From Pocillopora damicornis (Eukaryota): 64,000 nucleotides of DNA. The notes under the pieces are model-generated. The model worked only from the letters and a program-made list of their open reading frames with translations. It did no database searches and had not been told where the DNA came from. Of the stretch, positions 36,591 through 51,400 are shown piece by piece. The stretch is from NCBI RefSeq assembly GCF_003704095.1, contig NW_020846655.1, forward strand, positions 124,001 through 188,000, given 5' to 3'. A program made the position numbers and the translations under genes. Each line of letters begins with the position of its first letter. Within the stretch, counting starts at the first letter, position 1.

Positions 36591-39441
36591 TCAGAAGACA
36601 CAAGCACGAACAAAATTTCAGAGTGTGAAATTGTGATAATATGAAAACGGCTGGAATTTTTAAAATTCCCTCTTGTTCTGAAATTTTGCCATAAGCGTTT
36701 TCTCAAATGGTAAATTAGCAAGGTAGACAGCTTTTTTTTCGTTTAAAATATTTCCTCCCCGAGAGCCAATCTCTATCCATGGGAAGATTTACGACATCGT
36801 CATAACTTTCAAATTTGGTCATGATTTCCTTATATGGCTTGTATCTGTCGCGCGCAAGTGCACCATTGAATTTGCGCGGGAATATCACTTGACAATCTGA
36901 ACATTGTCCCCGAGACAAACAAATAACTTCATCAAATATACAAGTAAATTAAAAAGATCGTCTTGGAGTAGGACAAAACAACTCATTCTGTTGTGACGCC
37001 AAATTTCAGGTGTCATTTCAAATACCCTGGAGTGAAATTTCAATGAGTAACTTGCCAAGTAACATAGTCAAATGAAACTTGTGGCCGCTGTATTGTGAAT
37101 ATTAATGTGGGCTTTTTGTTATCATTATTGAGCTGAACGTCGCTGACGTATAAGATCTTTGCTGAAATTTAAGTTATCTTTAAATTCCTCATGATTAATC
37201 AGATAGAAATAGCCTAGCATATACCTCTGCAAAGAGGTCTGTTGCAAACAATAGAGAAATTGATAAAAAAAAAAAAACTCTCGACACATTTTCGTGTATG
37301 GATACATTGCCTCTACTTAATAATTTTGCTTTCTTTCTTTCGACAGAATGTATCGCTGGGCAAACTATTCTCCGCGGAGATTAAGGTCAGTGAGATGAGA
37401 GAGGAGATAAATTCAGATAGTTTGTATTGATATGGTGATATTCAATTTAGCACGAAAATCAGTCGTTCAGGCTGCACAGCAAAAGGAAAAGCGTATATTC
37501 TTTAATTTGTGGTGAACGTTTCACTGCATTACTCCATGGAGAACTACGGCTGTTCGTGATAATAGAGTCGTCTGTAATGTATGCGTGGAAATTAAAATAT
37601 TTTCGTTTCTCGTAAGCAGTTCCTTAGTGTTTGTCTCTCATGACGGAATATTAACGTAATTTCGACTTGATTCCGTGTTTTCCTCCTCTCATTTTTATCC
37701 ATCTTCCTATTTGCCACCTCTTTTTTCTGTGATCATTCTTTTCTTTCTAATTGTGTTTGTCACTCCTAGCTGAATAAAAAGTCATTAAAATTTTAATTTT
37801 AAATGCTTTTTTCTGCCTTTGAATTTTTGAAATCTAATTAGCGGCGAGTTCTTTCCGCAATGATGGTAGAGAAAACTCGTTTGAAATGTGACATAATTGA
37901 ACGAGCGAATAGCCGAGTACAGCAGGATTGGTTGTTATGTTACTATCAGAGGGAACCTTTTATGTTAAAGAAAAAAAAATTGTGAGCTTTCTCTCTAATT
38001 ATTTTTGTTTAAAATATCTCAGTTCCTCTGAATCATGCCCAGTCATTTAGATGATGCATCAAAACTCATTTCCGGCAAGAAAACGGCATCCCCACGACAA
38101 AGAAAATTTCAATTTTTCTTCCCTGAAAACAAATTGCTGTTGGTAAAGGAAAACCCAGGAAATAGAGGAATTATTACCCAGCTTCTATCTTCCAAAATAG
38201 ATTAGTTTATTAGGCTTATGAATCTCTTCAGGGGATGCTGTTGAATTGTATCGCGTTTTCGACCGGACCTCAATCAAAAGCTAATTTATGTTCATGTCTC
38301 CTGCAACAATACGTTAAATTTTCAGTGAAACAAGAGTTATTACAAAATGTGTGCTGTTAAGTTTATCCTAGTATTGAAAACTTAGAATAGGGTGTTAGCT
38401 ATAGCTTTAAACAGTAGACAGCTTACTTGTTATACAAGTCTTAATAAATGAAAGAATAGGGGAACTTCCTCTGCAATTGCAACTCGAAACTTTACTTATT
38501 CGTTCGAATGTCGTGATAGCTTTAAGGCTGTTTGTCCTTTTCGTATTAGTTAATGAATGAATTGAAAGTTCTAAGTCAGCCATTTCTCACAGAAAAATTA
38601 TAAATTTACTTTTTTGGGAGATAAGAAAAATTACAACGAGAATTTTTGCGTGAAAAATGTCGGTTTGTGAACAGATGTTGGTCAATGTTCACCCACTAAG
38701 ACGGAAAAACAAGTTTTCATATCTGTCGTCTTTTCACTCTATTGTAACTCGTTTCGAATAATAAACGAGTCACAAACAGCGGCAAAATGGCTGTAAGGCT
38801 TTCCTATGGCGTAAAAACTCAAATTATTCTAAAATTGTTTTTGGGAAGACTGCCAAATTCGTCGTGTGAGGTTTGAACGATAGGTTATATCTAGGAGTTT
38901 AAATACAGGTTAAGACTTTAGGTGGCAGCCTGTCAGCTCGATGTCTTATTATAATAATGGAGAGAGCCGAATTTGAATATCAATAGCCAGTAAGGTCTTT
39001 CTTGCTACTAGCAGGTGTATTATCGACTGATTAATATGCGTACTTCGCTACGGTACTTTTTTTGTTATGAGAGCCGAGAAAGAGGACCATAATTTCTGAA
39101 CGAGCTGGTTACCGCTAGCGACGTCCGTTTCAAAAAGGGGAGGAAAAGAATCTGTCGCCTCGACATCATTGGCTGAAGGCTGATGAGCTTGTTTTATAGA
39201 GAGTCATCGAGAATAGCGACCGCACTGTCAATTTATACGCACGCATATTTAGGTCTCTACGATGTGGGATTTCATCAAGATTTACTAAGGCTTTATTATG
39301 CTGCTTGTTAACGTCGCGTCTTGAGACTAGTTTTGTTGCGTGGTGTTCGTTTCACCGCCCGCTCAAAAGACCTGTACGGTGTTCACCAATTTGAAATGCG
39401 GACAACCAGTGTTGACGCAATATTTGGTGCTCTCTACAGGG

Positions 39442-42400
39442 ATGGATAAAGACAGATATGCAGCAACAGCAGCAAAGAAGACAGGCGACTCGTCCCTGGA
39501 AATGCCTAACGCTTCAGCCGATAACAATGAGCGCTTGTCCTACTTGTCTCAGAAGGCGCGCTCTATGTCTTTGTACGGCAGTCAATTTCTCCAAGAAGCG
39601 AGAAGTCCCACACATGCTTTGTTTTGCTTGTCAGAAACTAATCCGCTTCGTGAACTATCAAAATCGATCGTGGTGTCGAAATATCCTTTTTGTGCAATGT
39701 TGTACTGTTTATAACTTGCGGGGTTAAGTATTTATAAGTTATGTTCTCGATAGAGATGCCTACAAAAGCGGCCTTCAGGGGTTGAATAGCTCGCATCGTT
39801 CTATTCGGTTTCACGTTTACAGACCTAATATGTGTAGTTATATTAAAGCCGTTGGCTGGTTATTTCTCACACAGAACTTCATTTGATCCTTAACCTATCT
39901 TACAGTGTTTGAATATTTTATTTTGCTGGCTATCGGAGCCAATTGTATCGTGTTAGCTCTAAACACACCGCTTCCAAAAAATGATCGCACAGACATGGCT
40001 CAACAGTTGGTGAGTAGGCCTGAAAACCTCCATTTGCTCAGTGACGTAAGGCCTTGGTTTCGATAAAAGATGGTGTTGAACTGTTCTATATTTTATTGTA
40101 TTTACTGCAGGAAGCTGCTGAATACTACTTCGTTGGTATATTTTGTGTGGAGGCGCTGTTGAAAATAATGGCTTTTGGCTTTGTGCTTCACCCGGGGTCC
40201 TACCTAAGAAATGGTTGGAATATTCTGGATTTCACTGTTGTTGTGGTGGGGTAAGTCATCTTATGACATATGGCTATTTCATCGCTCTGAACGTCCGCAC
40301 CTTTCGCTTGTGCGGCGTTAAACGAAAATTTGAAAGTTGTTTGTTTTGGTTATTTATTTAGCTATATTTTTTTCTAACCAAGCACTCGTTCTACATTTTG
40401 TTTTACCATTTAAAATTAAAAATATTCTCTATTCGCATAACGAAGTACCCAGCTGTAATTTCTTGTGGCTTCAGTTCCGTTGATCAGGTTTTTAGCGCGG
40501 TGGTCTTAACAGCCATGTAATCTAAATAATTGTAGGTTGGAGTTCGGCTCACGCACGCGCAGCGCTCTACAAGATAAGCGCATATTGTGGCGAAATCTGT
40601 TTGGAGTGTAAATTGCCTCAGCCGTACGTTTCCTTTGCTACAGACGGCCTAACACTCGCAGAAGTCATTATCTCTAAAAGTACTTTCTTTTTTTTATCAT
40701 TACTTGTTAAGCACAGTTCTCAGTCAACGTTTCGCTTCTTGCAAAATTTAAGCGGCCTCTATTGTTCTGAGGCAAACACATTTTTTTTCCTCGTAGAAAT
40801 TTCCTGATATAAGGCGTCTATTTTTTATTTGGACATTTTAACAAGAGTGGTCACGCTTTAGGCGCCTTCTAATGAACACTGACATGACGAAAAAAAATAC
40901 AATTACAGCGTTTTGCAAAGAGAGATTTCGAACGAGTTATGATTGTTTATTTGAAAAAGGCGTCAAAGTTCTTGATCTCGCCACGAAATAGGTGGAAAAT
41001 TCCAGTCAATTTCTCAATTCGCTCTAACAGCCCTACACACAGGTGGTCGCCTACGAATTGTTTAAAATATCGAACCATTTCGACGTGAAATTAAAACTGA
41101 GTGAACTTGCGACAGAATCATGTCCATCAAGAGGCAGCAGTTTATAAGACACATTGATTAAATCACTCGTTTTGTTGTTCTTTTGTTTTCATACAGTAGT
41201 TCCTATCAGCATACATGCACCATGTGTGATTGTGATGAATTGAAAAAAACTAGAACTTTAAATTTCTGAGAGGCTTTACTCGTCACAGAGAAGGACGGAA
41301 TAATTCTCGATTATCTTAAAACCTTTTCATCTCGTTACGACCTGCGACTTATTTCTCATGAGTGAAAAACCAAGAAAAATTGAGGTAATGCAAAACATAG
41401 ATTCCGTTGAATCAATGAATTCATTCTCTGTTTCGATTTTCATTCGATGTTGATGTTCACAATTTGAAGAACTGATAAAACTGAGTACATCCGTAGTCGT
41501 CAGTGGCTATGCACCTGTTTGTTTGTTTGTTCGCGAAGTAAACTCTGGTCCATGATTTCTCCCAGTTCTTAACGTGACTTTTAATAACATGTGAGCCAAC
41601 TATTTCACATTAAAGGAACTTCAATGTTAGTAACCCACGCATTTTCATGTTATAGTTTTGTCACTGTGCGATGTGATGACAATACGCCAATCATACTGTA
41701 CCATAAAATGCAAAATCCCCAGCTTTGCGAAGCAATTAGATTTGTCGGTCGAACCGTATCACTGTCAGCCTTGAGGAACGGTAACCTTTCGAATGAAACT
41801 CGTGCAAATAATATAACTCTTTTGTGTCCAAACGTTCTGTTCAAGTACTTGAAGTGAAATTAACCGTTGCAGTGAATGATACGAAATATTTGATAATGGA
41901 AATTATAATGTTTATAATATTTACTTCCCGGAAGTCTTAACAAAGATATATTGAAGTTACCAAAACCGGTTGAAAAACTACATTTCTTTCGCTTGATATA
42001 TCTATTTTACGTCAGATGGATGAACGGAGGACAATAATTTAGACTGAGCTATAATTTTGTAGATTTTGGCATCTAGACTCTCCCCAGAAGCAAAATTTTA
42101 ATTATTTAGAAGTCTTGAAACCTCTGAAATTACCTACACACGCTATATCTTGTTTTTTATCTCCATTAAAACTTTTTGTTATTTTAATGTTTGGGTTTGG
42201 TTTTGTTGTGTAAGGTTTTGTTTAGTCTTGCATGGGCTTAAACTACGACAAAAAGAGATATCTTGGTGTTCAGGCCGGCTGCTATTGAAACCTGAGGCTC
42301 TTCTCAATACATTAAGTCAAACTAATCCATGCCAGTGTGTGTGGGGAAGCTTGAAAAAATGATATCCGCAGCTCGTTTTTTTTTTTCGTAATTCACGAAC

Positions 42401-45400
42401 GATTATATTGGTTTAGAGTTACTTTGCTTTCCGTACTAAGTATACCGCAGGGATATGAATGTAGGAATGACAACCGATGTTGACTTGTCACGAAAATATG
42501 AAGCGAATCTTATACGCCTTAAAAACGAACGCTCCTGCCAGAGCATGGCTGTTCAAATAATTTATAGAACTTAAGCAGAGACGTTTTTGAGACTCGAACG
42601 GCAACCGGAAGACTGAGAATAAAACAAATTATTTTGCGCTTTGACGTCAATGGATCGACTGTAGGGCGTCGTTTAGAATCTCAAACCAAACTGTGATGAC
42701 GAGAAAGATACGGATAGCACTTGGAATGAAAACTTCCGTTATCTAACCCTCCAACATCCAGGGCCAGTCAGACACTGAAGTAAGTTTGAGCGAGGATTAG
42801 AGACTTCTACTCCGTCTGTTGCTCGTATGATGCAAAGAAATGTTAAATTTATGCTCAAACAGTAAAGCGTAGGGACGTGCATTTGCAAAGCGTGAGCACG
42901 TGTCTTTTCTCAGCTACAGCTGGCATGAATAATCACTTATCTTCTTGTTACTTTTAAATAGATGGCATATGATCACTAGGAATCCCTATGGTTACAAATC
43001 TTGAATCATCGAAACTCTGCTCACGTTTTAGAAATAATCCCTGGTAAAGAAAAGGAAAAAGAAAGATGTCATTTTTTTTTTGTTGCGATCGTAGCAAAAA
43101 AAACTTGAGTCACATGCGAGCCTCACACCTTGCTATCACGCAGTCCTTCGCCTTTCCTATTGAATTCAAAGAACTCGTTCGTGGGTTGGGTCCATGACCT
43201 ACTATTTTTATATATGACTGTATATCTGTATCTCTGCCAAGCTAGCATAATGCTGAGATCAGCAATGTTGAAAGCATCCTGTGTAATGATTAGACTAAGG
43301 AAGATAATTGTATGTATTTGTGAATTTTCGTCGAAAGATGTTGTTCATTCAAACGTGGGTGTAAAAATTGTTATGGAACTTCAAGCAGATGTTATCCTTA
43401 TCGAGTGGAACGGAACCTAAGTAACACTCGCATAATGAATGCGTTTTTTTCGTGCAAACTAACACAGGTTAAGTCTTAAGGGCAGTCATGAACAAACTGT
43501 TCATAACCAATATGGAACATTCGTAAATGAAATGGTTATAATCAACAGCAAACGTCTCATATTTGGCAGAAACATTAATGCAATCCTAGCTTAATACACT
43601 GCAATTAAAAAGACAAGACAAAATATGGTAATGAATTAAAATGAAAATGTGGTTAAGCTTTCAGTTGCCCAATTTGCTCCAAAAATGTTCTTATACCAGA
43701 TAGTCATGAGTTATATGGTACTTTCTTTCCCCTCCACCTTAGAGTTATAAGTCTTCCACCCGTCAGCAAATTTCTTGGAGATAATGGTACCCTGGATGTA
43801 AAAGCTCTGAGGGCTGTGCGAGTGCTCAGGCCTCTTAAACTTATTTCTGGTGTACCAAGTAAGTGATAAAGTTATTTCTATACTCTTTATTCTTTTACTC
43901 TACATTGACTCGCCAGCGTTCTGATTAGAATGGGTCAGTTGTTCGTGTAAACGTTCAATACGTTAAAATAGCTGCTTTCCAATTCAATTTGGATCAGCAT
44001 GATATCTTTTTTGGAAAGAACAGGGCAACAAGCTTTTCCAATGATGCTCCCCCTCCGGGAAAAATTGAGTTTTTGTGCGAATGAAGAGCATCCAACATAA
44101 GCGTTTAGTTTGTCACGGATAAAAAGAGCACTTCACTGCTGAATCTCACATGAAGATCATGAGATTAAAGGAAATGATGACCAAACAAGCTTATGATTTT
44201 CAGACAAATTCTTCTTTTCAGTGACAATGGAAATGCATACAGGATAGTATGAAGAATAGGTATAGGTTTTAATATAAAGAGTTAATTCTTGTTTAAAACC
44301 AACTGTGGTTGATGTGTCATTTTTTGGTTCAAGTCTCTCAGACTGAAGTCAGAAAATGGAGCTGATAAATGAGACCCTTTTGTTTTCTCACAAAGTAAAA
44401 TCTGTGCTTCTCTTTTTTCTTATTTTAGGTCTGCAAGTTGTGATGAAGTCCATAGTCCGTGCCATGGTTCCTCTTTTGCAAATAGCCCTTTTGGTCTTGT
44501 TTTGTATTCTTATTTATGCAATTATAGGTTTAGATTTTCTCAAAGATAAATTTCACACCACCTGCTTCGACAAAAAAACAAGTGAGTGCTTCGTAGTTTT
44601 CCCTTTTTCCATTATGACCTGTTCTTCATAATGTGACTAACGTTAACCCTCTTACTCCTATGAGTGACCAAGACAGAATTTCTCCTTACAATATCAACCA
44701 GAAAAGTGATGAGAATAAATACAAATATCAATTTGGGGATAAGTAGTTGATCCACTACTAAATTCTCTGAACTAACTTTATAAGAATTGTATAGTTGACA
44801 GTAAAGAGAATTATAAATTCTTAGCCTATATAAATAGGCTAAAAAGCAAAAAGTGAGAATTCCGAGGTTCGGTTTCTCATGGGGACTCAGAATCTTTCCT
44901 TTATCCCAAGTTAGTCACAAGATGGAAAAAGCGTCTTTCTCTAGGCTCACAACATTTCTGAATATTTTATTAAAAATGTCAGGTTTCCATTATGTATGAT
45001 TCCTAAACTGTCCTGTGCGTGATTCATCACTAATAACCCTTTCTTACCTTTTTTCTACAAGATTTTTATAAAAGTAAATGTGAGTGATACATAAGAAGGA
45101 GTGGGTATCTTTCAAACTGTGAATCATTTTACAAGAAAGCTCGCATTGATTTTTTGAGGTAGAAACATACCCGTTGCTACACTATTTCTTTGCTAATCAT
45201 CAAACTTGAGTCTGAGAATACTTCGATTATTTAGCCACATGTATACTTACAGGGGCCTTTTCCTTTGTTCTCTTTTTATACATTATTTAATTTCCTTCTC
45301 TATATGTTTAATTACCGACCTATTTCTTTAAAAAAAACCTTTTTGGTGATCTGCTATATAATGCCATAACGGCATTCGAACTGCTTAAGTTGCTATTTGT

Positions 45401-48400
45401 TGTTGCAATGCGTAAACACCATATTACCTGTCCTTGTAGATTCAATAGCATCAAATCCTGAGCCGTGTGACAAGGGACCCTTTCCCGGAGTGAGGAAGAT
45501 TTTTCGTGGTCGACGTTGTCCCGAGGAAACGACATGCCGAGAGTATTGGATTGGTCCGAACGCTGGCATCACGTTATTTGATAACATCGCATTGTCAATG
45601 CTTACTGTGTTTCAGTGCATAACAATGGAAGGATGGACGTCGATTATGTACAAAGTAAGAAATACTTCCTTTCATTATATTTTTTGGGAAACTGTCATTG
45701 GCCTTGCCTTACTACCGCCTGTTATTGGTCTAGAAAACTTGCGCAACCCGTCCGACCTGAAACTGAAACCAATCATGTTTTTGTCACTCACGTTTCCTCC
45801 GATTTTGATTAGTAGCAAGTATTCCATGTGATAATTAACTTTGTTGTGATTGGCCGTTTTGATTCTATGGGTTTTAATATACCGGCGCTCAAGAGGAAAA
45901 ACGATTAATTCTTTTGCAGTGTAGAAGGAAATATTAGGCGTACTCCGGGTGCTTTCTTCCTTCGAAAGTGATATTCTAATGCCCTATAAGGACAAAACCA
46001 AGAGCAGATATTCGATTTTAAACACTGCAATTTGATTGGCCATTCACTGACGCCGGAATTCGTTTCATTCTAATATTACTCTCTTATCCCTCTTATCTAC
46101 CCGAGCGTATACACATGAAATATCTGATACAACTTCTGTGCGTGCCTGAACCAGCTCGAGCACAGGCCCTTATGTTTCAATACCAGAACACATGGAACAT
46201 TTGTGTAGAGAAAACTAGTGAGTTTGAATTTTGAGTAAAAAATTTTAAATTGTTTTCCCAGACTTTTGATGCAATGGATGAAGACGGATATCTTTATGCC
46301 TGCTATTATGTCTCGCTAATTGTGATTGGTTCTTTTTTCGTCCTTAATCTTGTGCTTGGAGTTTTGAGTGGGTGAGTGTTACGTATTAACTGCTTCCACC
46401 ATAAAATAAATGACAGGGTAACAGATACACGACAAACGTTAGACGCTCGAGTGAGAAAAAATTGATCTCAGATGTTTTTCAAAATCTCGCTGCTTGCATC
46501 ACATGCAATAATTGTTATAAATGTGTTCATTACTTAAATTCTTCGTGATGAAATCTCACACGATCTGCAATACACTTCAACGCGAAATTTTAGCTTTTCA
46601 GAAAACGACTTCACAACTTGTCTTCTCGGTGTAACTCGAAGGTTGGTGATTTCTGTAGGTAGATAGAATTGTGTGCTATGTCTTGCAAGTGTCTTCGTCA
46701 ATTGTCAAAGTCAAATGTCCCCCACTAAACCAATGAGAACGTCTCCACAACGTTGAAGAAACGGATTCGGCTGGTTAGCAGTCGATGAGAGCAGTGAAAA
46801 CAGTAGTGAGTTATTGAATCTTTGTACTGTTTCTTATCAGGGAATTTGCAAAGGAAAGAGAGAGAGTGGATACTCGACGAAAGTTCTTTAAAGTTCGCAG
46901 ACAACAACAACTGAACCGTCAGGTGGATGCGTACTTGTCGTGGATAGCCAAAGCCGGTAGGTTTTACAGATAGACAGCTGAAAAAACTTTTGCTAAGAGA
47001 CAGAACACTTAACCCTCTTACCCCTAAGAATAACTAGCATCTAGTTTCTCCATACAGTATCACCCCTGAATCAAACATTAAGGTCGCGACTAAAGAAGCT
47101 CTTGATTTTTAAACAGCTTCTCCTCATCAGCAACTCAGAAAATATGGAAAGAACAGCATGAGAAATATTTATACTTAGTAAGCTTTCATTCGGAAGTTTG
47201 CCGGGGAGAAGGTCAAAAAGGGGTGATAAAAAATATACAGAATATTCTCGTTTTAGGCGGAAGAGGTGCAGCCCCAGGACTCAGGTCTGTGTACTCATAT
47301 TCTTGTCAATGAAAAAATGGAAGGAGGGTCTTTCTTAAACGTCTGGGTACCAATTAATACCACCGAAAGGGTTAAATAATTGTTATCTAATCTCAGCAAA
47401 TATATCATGTCCACATCAAACTTATCAGGCTTTCCATATTTACTTTAATTTCTAATACAGCGGAAACGGCAGCAGACGACAACTTCAGGACGAAACATCT
47501 CAGCTTGAACGACTCGCAATCACAACTTGTTACCAGCGACGTGGTCAGTAATCCAGGAAGAGTGGTCACCAGAAGAGAAGGGAACTGTTACCGAGTCAAC
47601 ATGCCGGAGAGGTTGGTTGGGTTTTAGTTCGATGTAACGCTTTTTATTCGTCCAGGCCGGCTGTTTTTACGCTATTTGTGTCTTTCCTTCCGTATTATCA
47701 CTGTTGTAATACAGTCAAACTGAGATACTGCACTGTGTTAATGGTCACATAATTTGCGCACTCTTTTCATTTGTTGCAATAACATCAAAGTGGGATAACA
47801 AATCACTAATCATACGCTTTAGATATTTTGGTATTAACAACTGGGTATTCTTTTCTAGCACGGGCGCACTTCAGCGGTTTTTGCAGTGGAACAGTAAATT
47901 CTCTGTAAAAGTCGGTCGCATGGTGAAAACTCAAGCGTTTTATTGGACTGTCTTGGTTTGCGTTTTCCTCAACACAATTGTTCTGGCCGTGGAGTATTAT
48001 GGCCAACCGAAATGGCTGTCAGATTTTCAAGGTAATGTAACCAAAGACAAATTTTGGTTGATGAAAAGGAAAAGAAAATATTTTAGCCATCGATAAGTCT
48101 ATATTGTAACATTTTTAACCACCAAATTTGACGATCATTGTTGTCTTTCAGCATGGGCTGAAATCGTGTTTTTGACATTATTCTTTGTGGAGATGATTCT
48201 GAAGATTTATGGTCTTGGATTTCACGTTTACTTTAACTCAAGTTTCAATTGTTTCGATTGCTCGGTAAGGAATAACCTTATGTCTCTTGAAAAAAATTAA
48301 AATCCTCCCAGTTAAGAAATTTACCCGTAGATTGAATAACTTACTTTTGCTTTTTACAGATTGTGATTTCAGGATTTCTGGACATTATACTCTCTAAAAC

Positions 48401-51400
48401 TGTGCTAGTAAAACTTGGTATCAGTGTATTGAGATGTGTTCGTCTTCTCAGAGTCTTCAAGGTGACCAGGTAAGATTTTGATGAGAATAAATGAAGTTGT
48501 CATTATTTACTCACTGACTAAGGTGAATAAGTTCACAGGAGACTTGTTTTAAAGAGCATATGCATCATCCCCTGATATTTCAATTTTGTTTTTAACAGTC
48601 CGGGTTGTTATCGAATTTGATAACCCAGACTAAACCGATTGTTTTCGACTGGAGCTTGTAATTGTGGCTTAAATTGTACAAATGAGTGAAAAATGAAAAT
48701 TTCGGACCGTTATTAGATTCGATTTCTTCTTCTTTTTTCTAAGTGACACTATTTTCATTTGTATTATTTTGCCTACTTGACGGACGGCGAGGCGCCCAGG
48801 TTTTTCAGTGCTCATCTTGGTACGTTCCAACTATATATCTGTGCGAAAGAAAAAAAATCATTTTCAGTGATACTGCTACTTCAATAGTGAATCGTCTAAT
48901 GAAAAAACGGCTACAGCCCTTGGGCGAAAAGGAAGATGAAATGGTGGCGTCTTTCCAGCGCGAAACCGTGTAAATGGGAGGATTGATTTGAATAAAAGCT
49001 CCTCGAAACATTAAAGAAGTTAGAAAATCCATACTGCTACGTGTGCCTCCACGGCCGCATCCACTCCTTCCTTTTCCATTTCTGATTTGACCAGTGAAAG
49101 CCTTCTCTCCGAGATGTTCGCCTCTTGCCACCCACCAGGCGTAAAATATGGTTTCATCAAAGGCGAAGCAATAAGATTGCTTACAACTAACTCTTCGAAA
49201 AAACATATGATTAAGGCCTTTGAAATTCAAACAACTTCTCAAAGCAAAAGGGTACCCAGAAAACATCATAGAAAGGTCTCTGGCAGGGGTCAACTTGGCC
49301 TTTAGACAATTGGCTCTTACGCCAAAAGGTCACGAACGTTTATTGCCTTTTGTCACAACATACCACCCAGCAGTTAAAAAATTTAAAACAAATATTGATG
49401 GAACATTGGAGTCTGATACACAATCAGCCCTTGCTGAAAACAATTTTTACAAAACCAACGATCATCCTTAAAGACATGCTTGTGAGAGCAAAAATGTAAT
49501 GTGAAGGCGTTAATGCGACGCGACCACAAAAGCCACATGGGGAGTCCGTGCCGGTCTGTCTTTACCTTTACTCTCATGGAAAAATTCATTTACTAAACTA
49601 AACTTTAAGGCAAAGTTGAAAAACATACCTCAATCAAACGTGTCATTTCAACTTTCCTGTTACTTCTATGTTCAAAATTTCGCCTCTATCACCCCTTGAT
49701 AACCACCGTCTTGATTACACGCAAAGATCAGTATCTATTCAGTAATTTCCATCTTATTATGTTACAGACACTGGAGATCGCTAAGGAACCTCGCCACCTC
49801 TCTCGTCAGCAGCATCAAGTCTATCGTGAGCCTGATTTTCTTGCTGTTCCTGTTTATCCTGATTGCTGCCTTGCTTGGTATGCAGATATTTGGTGGAAGG
49901 TAAGCGTATGTCCTCATGAAGCCATATAATCCTTTACTTTATATTTGTAATAAAATTTCGTCGGGCCAACTGCAGCAGTTCTCACGTGAGTGTCGAAAAT
50001 AATCCAGCGAATTTTTGCTTTTTTTCTTATTGGCTGTTATGAAAAATTTTGTTTTGGTTTAAACTCACTCATGTCTTACTAGTTTCGTTGGTCACTAGGC
50101 GTGTTAACAGAAGGTAATGACATCACGCTTGAAACGTTAAGATTTTTGCATGTTTTTAGAAAATTTCCAGAAATATTTCATAAAAGCAATATAGAACTTT
50201 CCTATTTTCCATTTCTATTTCTCTTACATTAATGTTAGTTAAGTTGTACCTTGTTTTGCAGGAAGCGTTGTTTCGTCAATTTTCTAAAAGTTTTTTAATG
50301 TACGATTGTTAAACCAAATAGATGATGAAAGCTTCAAATACTCGAAGGAACATAGTGCAGAAATAACTAGGTTTATTCATTTTCCCTAGATTTTCAGAAG
50401 ACGAAACTCCCACAACGAACTTTGATAATTTTCAGAACGCCATGTTAGCTGTTTTTCAGGTTGGTTTTATTAAAATTTTTCGTAGGATTTACCATCAATA
50501 GTAATTTTTGTTTTCCTTTTTGCCTTGTGAAAATTTCAAACGAGCAGTCAAACGATGAAATAATGACGTAGAAGAACTGATGTGAACCAATAATCGTTTT
50601 TTTATTTTGTTTGTCAACAAAGATACTCACAGGGGAGGACTGGAATTCTGTTATGTACAGTGGAGTGAAGGCTTATGGTGGACCTCATGAGGCATCAGGA
50701 ATTGCAGCAAGCCTGTATTTTGTTCTACTAGTTATCTTAGGAAATTGTATCCTTGAAAGCAAAAGAGATTTCAATTTTGAAAAGCTGATTTTTTTCTTTA
50801 TGAATTTCGTTATTTCGTCGGATTTTGTGAGAATTACGAGTTAGTCGAAGTAATATTCAAAATGGTTTTCCAGGACATCATGTTTCCTTAACTGTAAACA
50901 GACACGTTGTTGAATGTTTTCTTGGCTATCGCCGTCGACAACTTAGCAAACGCACAAATCTTGACAGAGGACGAAGAAAACGAGAAACTTGAAAGAGAAC
51001 GCGCTCGAGCAGCCAACAAAAAAAAGTACCAACCCAGCAACAAGGGTTGGGGAAAGGCTGGGAACAAACTGCCTATGATCATGGCCATCAATCGAATGGT
51101 ACGCAAGAGGAATGGAAATGCAGCAACTTCAACTGGGGAAGGAAACAGGTAAATAGTGAATGGTGAGCTAGAGAACGAGAGAACGAAAGATTGCCCGAAC
51201 CGAAGATTTATCAAACTGATGAACCGACGAACCAACGAACGTACCACTTTGCGAACTATGGGACCGAAAAATCTACGGACTGGCGGATCTACGTAAAGAG
51301 GAATCAGTGAACTGAAGGACCATGGAACCGATAAACCAAAGATCCAAAGAATGAATGAATTTTAAGGCTTTCTTCCGTTGCAATCATGTTCCCGATTCTA

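Noticed and set aside
36422-36721. Tyr/His-rich ORF
   Set aside because: It is a translation of the (AAT)n microsatellite.
48805-49293. 162-aa minus-strand ORF
   Set aside because: Partly an antisense read of the Penelope-like fragment within a Cav2 intron; no independent coding signal.
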